A stretch of 50,316 nucleotides of DNA. Source: a virus (Duplodnaviria > Caudoviricetes). The stretch is taken from IMG/VR virus record IMGVR_UViG_3300049220_000010, positions 1 to 50,316 of that record. One strand, given 5' to 3'. The stretch's first letter is position 1, and every line of letters begins with the position of its first letter. A model generated the notes under the pieces. It made no database searches. It had not been told where the DNA came from and saw nothing but the letters and a program-made list of their open reading frames with translations. The position numbers and the translations under genes were made by a program. Positions 7,731 to 15,140 of the stretch are shown piece after piece.

Positions 7731-8183
7731 ATGTCAAACTTTAAATTAAACGATTTATCTAATAACATTCACAAACAAAACGTAAAAAAAGGATTTTACG
7801 AAGATTATGAAGATATTAAAAATGCGATATACAGATCAGGTGACGACCAATTAATTCCAGCATTTGAACAGACTTTTTCTGCTCAAAGATATGCTTTAAT
7901 TCATTCTGAAGCTACAGAAGCATTAGAAGCAATGAGGAGCAACAAATTGTTAGACGACAGAATAAACGGAGAATGGAAGGAAGGTCTTTTAAAAGATGAT
8001 GATAAAACTTTTCAAGGTCTTTTTCAACACATGGTAAAAGACACTCAAGAAGATGAATTAGCTGACGTGTTAATTCGTGTTTTGGATTACGCAGCCTTTA
8101 AAGGAATCGATTTAGATTTCCACGTTGAAGCAAAATTAAGATATAATGCTTTAAGACCACATAAGCACAATAAATTGATTTAA
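7731..8183 (+). CDS. MazG-like nucleotide pyrophosphohydrolase
   Basis: LIHSEATEALEA..EDELADVLIRVLD..KLRYNALRPHKH. Confidence 0.85.
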   Translation: MSNFKLNDLSNNIHKQNVKKGFYEDYEDIKNAIYRSGDDQLIPAFEQTFSAQRYALIHSEATEALEAMRSNKLLDDRINGEWKEGLLKDDDKTFQGLFQHMVKDTQEDELADVLIRVLDYAAFKGIDLDFHVEAKLRYNALRPHKHNKLI

Positions 8184-8184
8184 A

Positions 8185-9051
8185 ATGAAATACTATACAG
8201 CAGTCGTTTCAGACGACGAAATAAACTATGCAACCATTATTCCACCGAATAATATACTGGCTTCTTATCATTACTTTAAAAACAAAATCGACGTAATAAG
8301 AAAGAGCGTATTCGATGGACACGACGTATTTATTGACTCGGGTGCGTTTTCTGCCGAAAGTCTTGGAAAACCTATTGATATAGACGATTACTGCAAGTTC
8401 TTAAAAGAGTGCGGTGCGACTTATTATGCATCACTTGACGTAATAGGCAATGCGAAAGCCACAATGGAGAATTATGACTATATGGTTCAAAAATACGACT
8501 TAAAGCCAATTCTAACTTTTCACATGGGCTCGCAAATGGAAGACTTAGATAAGGTTTTGAATGTTCCTAACCTTAAATATATGGCACTTGGTGGGCTGGT
8601 GTTTAGTTCAGGAGTTACGAGTCATTGTGATGAAGTTTGGGGCTACATTTTAAGACACAAACCGAACATTAAGGTTCACGGCTTTGGGTTGACAGATATT
8701 GAAGCAATGAAGCGTTATCCATGGCATTCGGTTGATTCAAGTTCATATAAATCGTGCAGGCGTTTTGGTAGACAAAATATTCTTTTCAATGGTTTTGACT
8801 TTAAAACTATACCTGAAAAAGAATATCTGCAAATTCTTAAACGTATGGGTTATGATTTTCCCGAAGACACCAGCGAACTAAGCAAAGAAGAAAAAACTGC
8901 ACTCAATAAACGCAAATATGCTGCTTATGATCACCATTCGGCATATTCTTATAAATTGTTTGCCGCAATGCTTGGAGAACGAAATAAAAGCCGAGATTTT
9001 AGTTATCTAACAGCTCAACAAAAACTATTCCCTGACGATTTCGGCATGTAG
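8185..9051 (+). CDS. dpdA: TGT-fold DNA guanine transglycosylase (DpdA-like)
   Basis: FIDSGAFS, LDVIG, FHMG, ALGGLV, VHGFG and SVDSSS motifs; lies next to folE and near queCDE. Confidence 0.8.
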   Translation: MKYYTAVVSDDEINYATIIPPNNILASYHYFKNKIDVIRKSVFDGHDVFIDSGAFSAESLGKPIDIDDYCKFLKECGATYYASLDVIGNAKATMENYDYMVQKYDLKPILTFHMGSQMEDLDKVLNVPNLKYMALGGLVFSSGVTSHCDEVWGYILRHKPNIKVHGFGLTDIEAMKRYPWHSVDSSSYKSCRRFGRQNILFNGFDFKTIPEKEYLQILKRMGYDFPEDTSELSKEEKTALNKRKYAAYDHHSAYSYKLFAAMLGERNKSRDFSYLTAQQKLFPDDFGM

Positions 9052-9068
9052 CCGTACGACCTCACGTT

Positions 9069-9087
9069 ATTTAGAATAATTCTAAAT
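9069..9087. promoter_or_regulatory. Perfect 9-1-9 palindrome, Flavobacteriales-type Fur box
   Basis: ATTTAGAAT-A-ATTCTAAAT upstream of a promoter. Confidence 0.7.
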
Positions 9088-9109
9088 TAAATTAAATTTT
9101 CAAATATAC

Positions 9110-9140
9110 TTGATTTGCTTTGATTTTTATCATACATTTG
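9110..9140 (+). promoter_or_regulatory. Sigma70-type promoter
   Basis: TTG 9110-9112, 20 nt, TACATTTG 9133-9140. Confidence 0.7.
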
Positions 9141-9172
9141 TCATACCAAAATAAAACAATTGGTAAAACATT

Positions 9173-9454
9173 ATGAAACATTTAATTAAAAAATGGATTG
9201 CAGAAGCAATCAGAGAAGAGCGAAAATTGTTTGCAGTTTACGAAGACACTCCAGAAGGAAGAGAGCCTTTAATGGGGCTGGACCACATTCAATCGGAGTA
9301 CGTTCCAAGAAACGGAGAAAACATTCAAGTGCTAAGAGGAAACGTACTATATAAGTACAAAGTGATCGAAGTTAATCACATTTATCACTTTAGTTCCAGC
9401 GAATTTCAAGAGGGGCATATTCTAGTAACTTTTGTAAGTGCAGTTCAAATCTAA
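9173..9454 (+). CDS. Hypothetical protein in a stand-alone promoter-terminator unit
   Basis: 93-aa ORF with its own promoter and terminator. Confidence 0.8.
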   Translation: MKHLIKKWIAEAIREERKLFAVYEDTPEGREPLMGLDHIQSEYVPRNGENIQVLRGNVLYKYKVIEVNHIYHFSSSEFQEGHILVTFVSAVQI

Positions 9455-9455
9455 C

Positions 9456-9482
9456 AAAGGGGAGCGTAAAACCTCCCTTTTT
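9456..9482 (+). terminator. Intrinsic terminator
   Basis: GGGAG-CGTAAAAC-CTCCC followed by T5. Confidence 0.7.
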
Positions 9483-9511
9483 AAAAGTTTTTGAAAATAA
9501 TTCTTAAAATA

Positions 9512-9543
9512 TTTGGATCGTATTGATTTTTATCATATCTTTA
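9512..9543 (+). promoter_or_regulatory. Sigma70-type promoter with a variant -7 element
   Basis: TTTG 9512-9515, 20 nt, TATCTTTA; spacer resembles those at 33081 and 45802. Confidence 0.6.
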
Positions 9544-9569
9544 CAGGACTAATTTAAACAATAAGAATT

Positions 9570-9824
9570 ATGAACAAACAATTAAAAGGCAAAACGGTAA
9601 TAGTTACCACTGAAGCCACAACAAAAAGAGGTCGAGTTATTAAGGCGACAATGAAAGTAGATTCGCAAGCAAAGAATCACATTTACATTCGAACCGAAGC
9701 TAACAGAGATTACAGAGAGTCGAAAATTCATTTTAGTCATATAGATGAATTAAGAACGTTTAAAAAGATGATTGAAGAACTGGAAACAGAATACGAAAAT
9801 CACAAAAAATTCCTTAACAAGTAA
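9570..9824 (+). CDS. Hypothetical protein in a stand-alone unit
   Basis: 84-aa ORF between a promoter and a terminator. Confidence 0.8.
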   Translation: MNKQLKGKTVIVTTEATTKRGRVIKATMKVDSQAKNHIYIRTEANRDYRESKIHFSHIDELRTFKKMIEELETEYENHKKFLNK

Positions 9825-9830
9825 CAAACC

Positions 9831-9852
9831 GGAGCCTTCGGGCTCCATTTTT
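9831..9852 (+). terminator. Intrinsic terminator
   Basis: GGAGCC-TTCG-GGCTCC followed by ATTTTT. Confidence 0.75.
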
Positions 9853-9863
9853 ATTCATTACGC

Positions 9864-10607
9864 ATGGACCAAAAAGAAAAAGCACTCGATAAAATTAGAA
9901 AATTACTAGCATTAGCTGATAATAATGCAGCCAGCGAAGGTGAAATTGAAAACGCCTTAAAAGCAGCTCAAAACTTAATGTCTAAATTTGACTTAGATAT
10001 GTCTGATGTAGAAGTTTGCGAAGCAGATTTAGGCTGGGAGGATCAAGATTACAATCCCAAAAATAACGAAAGAAAATATTGGTTGTGGGACTTATTGGAA
10101 GTAATAGCAAAATCTCAAAATTGTAGATCAATTAAAAAAAAGAGAGTTGTTAATGATAAATTGCAAGAATATTTTCGAGTATTCGGTACAAAAATGGAAG
10201 TGAAAGTTACTACTGAAATTTTTAAAATAACCGTACCTATAATTCGAAATATTTCAAACAAAAGGTATAGAGAAAAGTCCAACAATGTTGTGGATATGCA
10301 ATTGGCATACGGGTTGCCAATCAACCCTCCTAATAAAGGCAAATTTTTTAACGATTATGTTGATGGCTTTTTATATGGTTTGCATTTGAAATTAGAAGAA
10401 AATAAAGAAAAAAACATACAAGAAGACGAAACTGGAAAATATGGTTTAATTATAGTTAAGAAAACAGACCTTATAAAAGATTTCGTACAAGAAAACACAA
10501 AAAACTTAAAAGACGTTAAAACCAGCAGAGAACGTGATGTAGATGTACATGTATGGCTTAAAGGCGTTCAAGATGGGAAAACAGAACATGAAAAAATGTT
10601 AGAATAA
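9864..10607 (+). CDS. DUF2786-like domain protein
   Basis: N-terminal LDKIRKLLALA..SEGEIENALKAAQNLMSKFDL. Confidence 0.75.
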   Translation: MDQKEKALDKIRKLLALADNNAASEGEIENALKAAQNLMSKFDLDMSDVEVCEADLGWEDQDYNPKNNERKYWLWDLLEVIAKSQNCRSIKKKRVVNDKLQEYFRVFGTKMEVKVTTEIFKITVPIIRNISNKRYREKSNNVVDMQLAYGLPINPPNKGKFFNDYVDGFLYGLHLKLEENKEKNIQEDETGKYGLIIVKKTDLIKDFVQENTKNLKDVKTSRERDVDVHVWLKGVQDGKTEHEKMLE

Positions 10608-10609
10608 AT

Positions 10610-10670
10610 GTTAAAGTTTTGTTAAAATTTACAAAAGATTTGGAAGTGAATAGAAAACTTCATACATTTG
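10610..10670 (+). promoter_or_regulatory. Inverted TTAAC box plus sigma70-type promoter
   Basis: GTTAA at 10610 and 10621; TTTG 10639-10642, 20 nt, TACATTTG 10663-10670. Confidence 0.75.
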
Positions 10671-10724
10671 TCTCAGTTAAAACAACAAACAAATAATTTT
10701 TTTAAACCTTTAAATTTTTTTATT

Positions 10725-11351
10725 ATGAGAAACTTAGTAAAATTCGCACTTGATTATTCAGTAGCAGTAACTGAAGATGATGTTTTAGAGCTTGGTTATG
10801 ATGTAACCGAAGAAGATTTTAAAGCATACTTCGAAATCCCTGAAGACGCTGCAACATTGCCAGCTTACAAAAAGCATGAAGACTTCGATCCGAACAGTAT
10901 GAAGCCTTTTATGAACACAGAAGAAATCGAAGGTTACTTTATTACTGGAGAAAAAGCAGCACCTGCGGAGGAAAAACCGAAAAAACAAACGGCTGCTGAA
11001 AAGAAAGCTGCTAAAGAAGCTGAAAAGAAAGCTAATGCAGACAAAAAAGCCGAAGAAAAAGCTAAATCACAATCGGAGCCAAAAGAGAAAAAACCCGGAG
11101 TAATCGCGTCTATTTTAGATATTATTACTAAGGCTACCTCTCCAGTTTCAGAAGCTCAAATTTTGGAACAATTGGTTAAACTATTTCCTGAAAGAGAATC
11201 GGCTGCTATGGCAAAAACCGTAAAAGCTCAATTAGGAGGAAAAAATCAACCTTTAAGAATGGAGGAAGAAAAAGGAGTAAAATTCGTTCTTACTCTAACT
11301 GAGGCAAAAGAAGGAGAAAAACAGCAAAGACTTTATGCCATCGCGAAATAG
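10725..11351 (+). CDS. Protein with acidic N-domain, Lys/Ala/Glu linker and C-terminal winged-helix-like domain
   Basis: ATG 10725 after the promoter; C-domain is paralogous to 45865..46278. Confidence 0.75.
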   Translation: MRNLVKFALDYSVAVTEDDVLELGYDVTEEDFKAYFEIPEDAATLPAYKKHEDFDPNSMKPFMNTEEIEGYFITGEKAAPAEEKPKKQTAAEKKAAKEAEKKANADKKAEEKAKSQSEPKEKKPGVIASILDIITKATSPVSEAQILEQLVKLFPERESAAMAKTVKAQLGGKNQPLRMEEEKGVKFVLTLTEAKEGEKQQRLYAIAK

Positions 11352-12150
11352 AAGAATTGCTGTAATATCATTGTCAGGAGGATTAGATTCCTCCTGTCTT
11401 TTGATAAGACTTTTATCTCTTGGTTATGAGGTCCATGGAGTTTCTTTTGATTATGGTCAAAAACATAAAATCGAATTAGTTAAACTCCAAAAAAATCTAA
11501 ATTTTTTAAGAGGTAAATATCTTCAATTACATAGCTATAATGTCTTAGATTTGTCAGCAGTTGGCAAACTTTTCAATTCGTCGCTAATTAACAGCGAACA
11601 AATTGTTCCGGAAGGACATTATGAAGAAGAAAACATGAAATCTACCGTTGTTCCAAACAGAAACATGATCTTTGCATCAATTATTCAAGGTTTGGCTTTG
11701 TCTATTGCAACAAAAGAAAATGAACTTGTTGAAATAGCATTAGGAGTCCACTCGGGAGACCATGCAATATATCCAGATTGTACGCCTGAATTTTACAGGC
11801 TTCAAGAAATGGCATTTAAAGCCGGAAACTGGAACGCCAATTCAGTAATCTACCAGCTACCATACATTCAAGGAAATAAGTCTACTATATTGCAAGACTT
11901 TTTCTACCACGCTGGAAGACTTGGACTGTCTAAATCAGAACAGGACCTATTTTTATCTCAAACACATACTTCTTACAATCCAGATTTGTTTGGAAGAAGT
12001 TCAGGAACATCAGGAAGTGACATTGAAAGAGTAGAAGCTTTTTTAAGTCTTGGATTGGTTGACCCTGCCGAGTATGTTAACGGATGGGAGTGGACTAAAA
12101 ATCACGTTTTAGAAATACTAAATAATCGCAAAAATGGCGCACACAATTAG
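11335..12150 (+). CDS. queC: 7-cyano-7-deazaguanine synthase
   Basis: SGGLDSS, FDYGQKH, VPNRNMIF and DHAIYPDC motifs. Confidence 0.95.
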   Translation: MPSRNRRIAVISLSGGLDSSCLLIRLLSLGYEVHGVSFDYGQKHKIELVKLQKNLNFLRGKYLQLHSYNVLDLSAVGKLFNSSLINSEQIVPEGHYEEENMKSTVVPNRNMIFASIIQGLALSIATKENELVEIALGVHSGDHAIYPDCTPEFYRLQEMAFKAGNWNANSVIYQLPYIQGNKSTILQDFFYHAGRLGLSKSEQDLFLSQTHTSYNPDLFGRSSGTSGSDIERVEAFLSLGLVDPAEYVNGWEWTKNHVLEILNNRKNGAHN

Positions 12151-12493
12151 CAAAGAATTTCATTTCTCTGCATCACACATTCTTAAAAATCTACCGGAAG
12201 GACATCCGTGTGGAAGAATGCACGGTCACAATTACGTTGTAACAGTTTTCCTTAAAGGAGAACCGGACGAAAAAGTTGGCTTTGTGCAAGACTACAAAGA
12301 CTTAAATCCTATTAAAGAATACATTGATAAAATGTTAGACCATCAACACTTAAACGACGTTTTTCATTGGTTTAACCCAACCGTTGAGAACATGTCAAGG
12401 TATTTGTTCGAAATGTTTAAAAAAGAATTTCCTTTGCTTACTGCAATAGAAATGTCTGAAACGCCGAAAACAAATTGCCGATATGAGCCGTAA
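12134..12493 (+). CDS. queD: 6-carboxy-5,6,7,8-tetrahydropterin synthase
   Basis: FSASH..CGRMHGHNY..LDHQHLN..PTVEN..ETP. Confidence 0.95.
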   Translation: MAHTISKEFHFSASHILKNLPEGHPCGRMHGHNYVVTVFLKGEPDEKVGFVQDYKDLNPIKEYIDKMLDHQHLNDVFHWFNPTVENMSRYLFEMFKKEFPLLTAIEMSETPKTNCRYEP

Positions 12494-13010
12494 CAAAAGA
12501 GTATTCTTTATAATGGCTTATTTGATTGCGTTGGTTGCGGCAAACTTAATCGTTAAGCATTTTGGACCTTTTGGATTATGGTTTTCGTCTGCTTTTCTTA
12601 TACCTTTCGACTTTATTTGCAGATGCATATTTCATGAAACATGGAAAGGTGGAAAATTAGTATTGAATTTAATTCTTTTAACTATTTTCTCAGGTGTAAT
12701 AACTTTTGTAATGAATGAAGATGCTTTAAATATCGCATTGGCTTCGTTCGCAGGAATTGTTTCTGTTCAAATATTCGCAGGTTTATTTTACCAATTATTT
12801 AAGAAAAAATCTTTTATGATAAAAGTAAACTTGTCGGATTTGGTTGCAATTGTAGTTGACTCCATAGTTTTTCAATTGGTAGCTTTTCAGGCAATTAATT
12901 TAGAAGTAACTGGAGGTCAAATCCTAATTAAAATGATTGGCGGTTTGTTTTGGTTCTTTATAATTTTTAAACTTTTTAAATTCAATCCTAATGGCAAAAC
13001 AGAAAATTAA
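12483..13010 (+). CDS. yhhQ: VUT/YhhQ-family preQ0/preQ1 transporter-like membrane protein
   Basis: Multi-TM protein with VAANL, IALASF and VDSIVF; embedded between queD and queE. Confidence 0.75.
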   Translation: MSRNKRVFFIMAYLIALVAANLIVKHFGPFGLWFSSAFLIPFDFICRCIFHETWKGGKLVLNLILLTIFSGVITFVMNEDALNIALASFAGIVSVQIFAGLFYQLFKKKSFMIKVNLSDLVAIVVDSIVFQLVAFQAINLEVTGGQILIKMIGGLFWFFIIFKLFKFNPNGKTEN

Positions 13011-13701
13011 TACAGAACATTTGAGTATATCGGAAAAGTTTTACTCTATACAAGGAGAAGGACGCACAATGGGATTTCCTGCAATATTTTTACGCCTATC
13101 GGGTTGTAACTTATTATGTAAGTCAGACGATTGGATTTGTGATTCGATCGAAGTTTGGAAAAAGGGCATAAAAACAACGTTTGAAGATGTTTTTGATCCT
13201 TTAGATATAGAACGTTTAAAAAATGGAGTTCATTTAGTAATAACAGGCGGAGAGCCGATGTTGCATCAAAATCAAATTATTGAATTCTTCAAATGGTTTA
13301 GAGAAGAGCATGGATTTAAGCCTTACATTGAAGTTGAAACAAACGGAACAGTTTTGCCGGAAAGAGCTTTGTATCTGTATATTAACCAATGGAATGTTTC
13401 ACCGAAACTTTTGAACAGTGGTGAGGATTTTGACAAACGTTTTAATCTTCAAGTTCTTAAAACATTAAATGGAACCAACTCAATGTTTAAATTTGTTATC
13501 AAAAACGAACTGGATGTAATAGAAATTTTCACAAATTATGGCTTTTTGAAAAAACAAAAAATCTATCTTATGCCAGCAGGTGCAACCCAAGAAGAACTTA
13601 ATGCAGTAAGGACAGATGTTATTGAGTTGTGTAAAAAATACATATTGAAATACACCGAGCGACTACACATTGTCGCATGGAACAAAAAAACAGGAGTATA
13701 A
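12991..13701 (+). CDS. queE: 7-carboxy-7-deazaguanine synthase (radical SAM)
   Basis: FYSIQGEG, RLSGCNLLC..CDS, ITGGEP, VETNG and VSPK motifs. Confidence 0.95.
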   Translation: MAKQKINTEHLSISEKFYSIQGEGRTMGFPAIFLRLSGCNLLCKSDDWICDSIEVWKKGIKTTFEDVFDPLDIERLKNGVHLVITGGEPMLHQNQIIEFFKWFREEHGFKPYIEVETNGTVLPERALYLYINQWNVSPKLLNSGEDFDKRFNLQVLKTLNGTNSMFKFVIKNELDVIEIFTNYGFLKKQKIYLMPAGATQEELNAVRTDVIELCKKYILKYTERLHIVAWNKKTGV

Positions 13702-14609
13702 TGAATTTTGAGGATATAGAAAACTATCAAGAGACGCCTGTATCCCTGTTTAGAAATGTAGAAGACAACGCTCCAAAAGAATTTACTTTGGAGCGTTGGT
13801 TATTGAACACTATAAACCCTGTCGACCAAGATTTAAAAGAAAAGGTTGAACAGTATAGGGAGACATACGACAAAGAGATAAAGAAGAAATTGCCATGCAT
13901 AACAATTTCTGCGACGTTTAATGGAAGGCGTAGTTTAGACAATATAGTACAAAAGAATAAGCTGATTTGCATTGACGTGGACCGACATTCAAAAAGCAAA
14001 AAGAAAAAATGCAACCTCTGCGTTGATATGCTGCTGGTTAAAGAAATGTTTATGGCACATCCATGTACTTTGTATTGCGGAAAATCAGTTGGCGACGATG
14101 GCATTTATGCAATTATTAGAATAGAAGAAGAGGAAAGGTTAAGTGAATATTTTGACTATTTCCGTGATAGTTTCGCAAGGATTGGCGTAAATATTGACGA
14201 ATCATGTAAAGATTATACTCGTTTAAGAATATTTTCATACGATCCAGAGGCTTACTTCAATCCAAAGGCTCTACTTTATAGGCTTCCTAAAAAAGAACCT
14301 GAAAAGAAGCCACAACGCAAAGAACATATTTCGCAAACCGATGCAGAAAAAGTAGAAAAAATAATCGCTGTTTTGGAACAGACTTCCATGGATATAACAC
14401 AGTCTTATGAGGACTGGATTAAAATAGGAGCAGCACTGAACGACGGATTTGGTGATATGGGTCGGGATTATTTTCACAAAATAAGCAGTTTTTATTCTGA
14501 TTACGACTATAAAGAAACAGAAAAAAAATGGGGTCAGTGCCAAAAAATGACAAAAATAAAGTTGGCAGCACTTTTCTACGTCGCGTCGTCTTATGGAGTA
14601 CGATATTAA
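13701..14609 (+). CDS. Primase-like protein with VirE N-terminal (BT4734-like) and PriCT-2 domains
   Basis: KKKLPCITISATF, ICIDVD, DESCKDYTRLRIFSYDP and DITQSYEDWIKIG motifs; TAATG coupling to queE. Confidence 0.85.
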   Translation: MNFEDIENYQETPVSLFRNVEDNAPKEFTLERWLLNTINPVDQDLKEKVEQYRETYDKEIKKKLPCITISATFNGRRSLDNIVQKNKLICIDVDRHSKSKKKKCNLCVDMLLVKEMFMAHPCTLYCGKSVGDDGIYAIIRIEEEERLSEYFDYFRDSFARIGVNIDESCKDYTRLRIFSYDPEAYFNPKALLYRLPKKEPEKKPQRKEHISQTDAEKVEKIIAVLEQTSMDITQSYEDWIKIGAALNDGFGDMGRDYFHKISSFYSDYDYKETEKKWGQCQKMTKIKLAALFYVASSYGVRY

Positions 14610-14673
14610 AATGTTAAAATTGTGTTAAAGTTTACATAAATCAACAAAAGATTAAAATAAGTTCATATATTTG
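14609..14673 (+). promoter_or_regulatory. Inverted 24-bp box plus -7 element without a -33 TTTG
   Basis: AAATGTTAAAATTGTGTTAAAGTT 14609-14632; TATATTTG 14666-14673. Confidence 0.7.
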
Positions 14674-14692
14674 CTACATAAAATTTAACAAT

Positions 14693-14878
14693 ATGACTAA
14701 AAAACAATTGGAAGACCTACAAGAAGTGAAGAAAACCTCTCATAGAATTGCAGGTATAGCAAGGAAAATCGATGAAGCAGATAAAGAAGGCTTGCGACAT
14801 AGGATTGACGAATATAAACAAAACATGCTCAAAGAGCAGATAAAAATTAATGGTTTAATTAATTCTGTATGTCAGTAA
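14693..14878 (+). CDS. Small helical hypothetical protein
   Basis: First ORF after the promoter. Confidence 0.7.
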   Translation: MTKKQLEDLQEVKKTSHRIAGIARKIDEADKEGLRHRIDEYKQNMLKEQIKINGLINSVCQ

Positions 14879-15135
14879 TTTCACATATAAAAAATATTTT
14901 CACTATTGACCGTCCTGCACAAAGGAAAAGAGTAGTGAAAAATTGCGTAGATTTATTGTTCGAGTCTTACATTGGCAAAGATAAAATTTCACCATTGGAA
15001 ACATCTTTAGCATTGAATGAGATTAGAAAAGAAGTTTTTGAAAGACTTGTAAAAACAAGAAAATTAAAAGAAAGCGAAATAGAAGCATTAACATTTTCTT
15101 TACAAAACATTGAATACAATGACACGGCAAAATAA
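14869..15135 (+). CDS. Hypothetical protein
   Basis: 88-aa ORF overlapping the previous gene. Confidence 0.7.
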   Translation: MSVISHIKNIFTIDRPAQRKRVVKNCVDLLFESYIGKDKISPLETSLALNEIRKEVFERLVKTRKLKESEIEALTFSLQNIEYNDTAK

Positions 15136-15140
15136 TAAAT

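Noticed and set aside
3815-8183. Z-genome (2-aminoadenine) pathway suggested by HD plus MazG genes
   Set aside because: No PurZ/adenylosuccinate-synthetase-like gene or phage DNA polymerase is present
9101-9108. Minus-strand TATATTTG that could drive antisense RNA into dpdA
   Set aside because: No -33 element at the proper spacing and no terminator seen to define a transcript
9490-9508. Second, degenerate Fur-like box before ORF 9570
   Set aside because: Only 13 of 18 arm positions match in a very AT-rich context; not distinguishable from chance by eye
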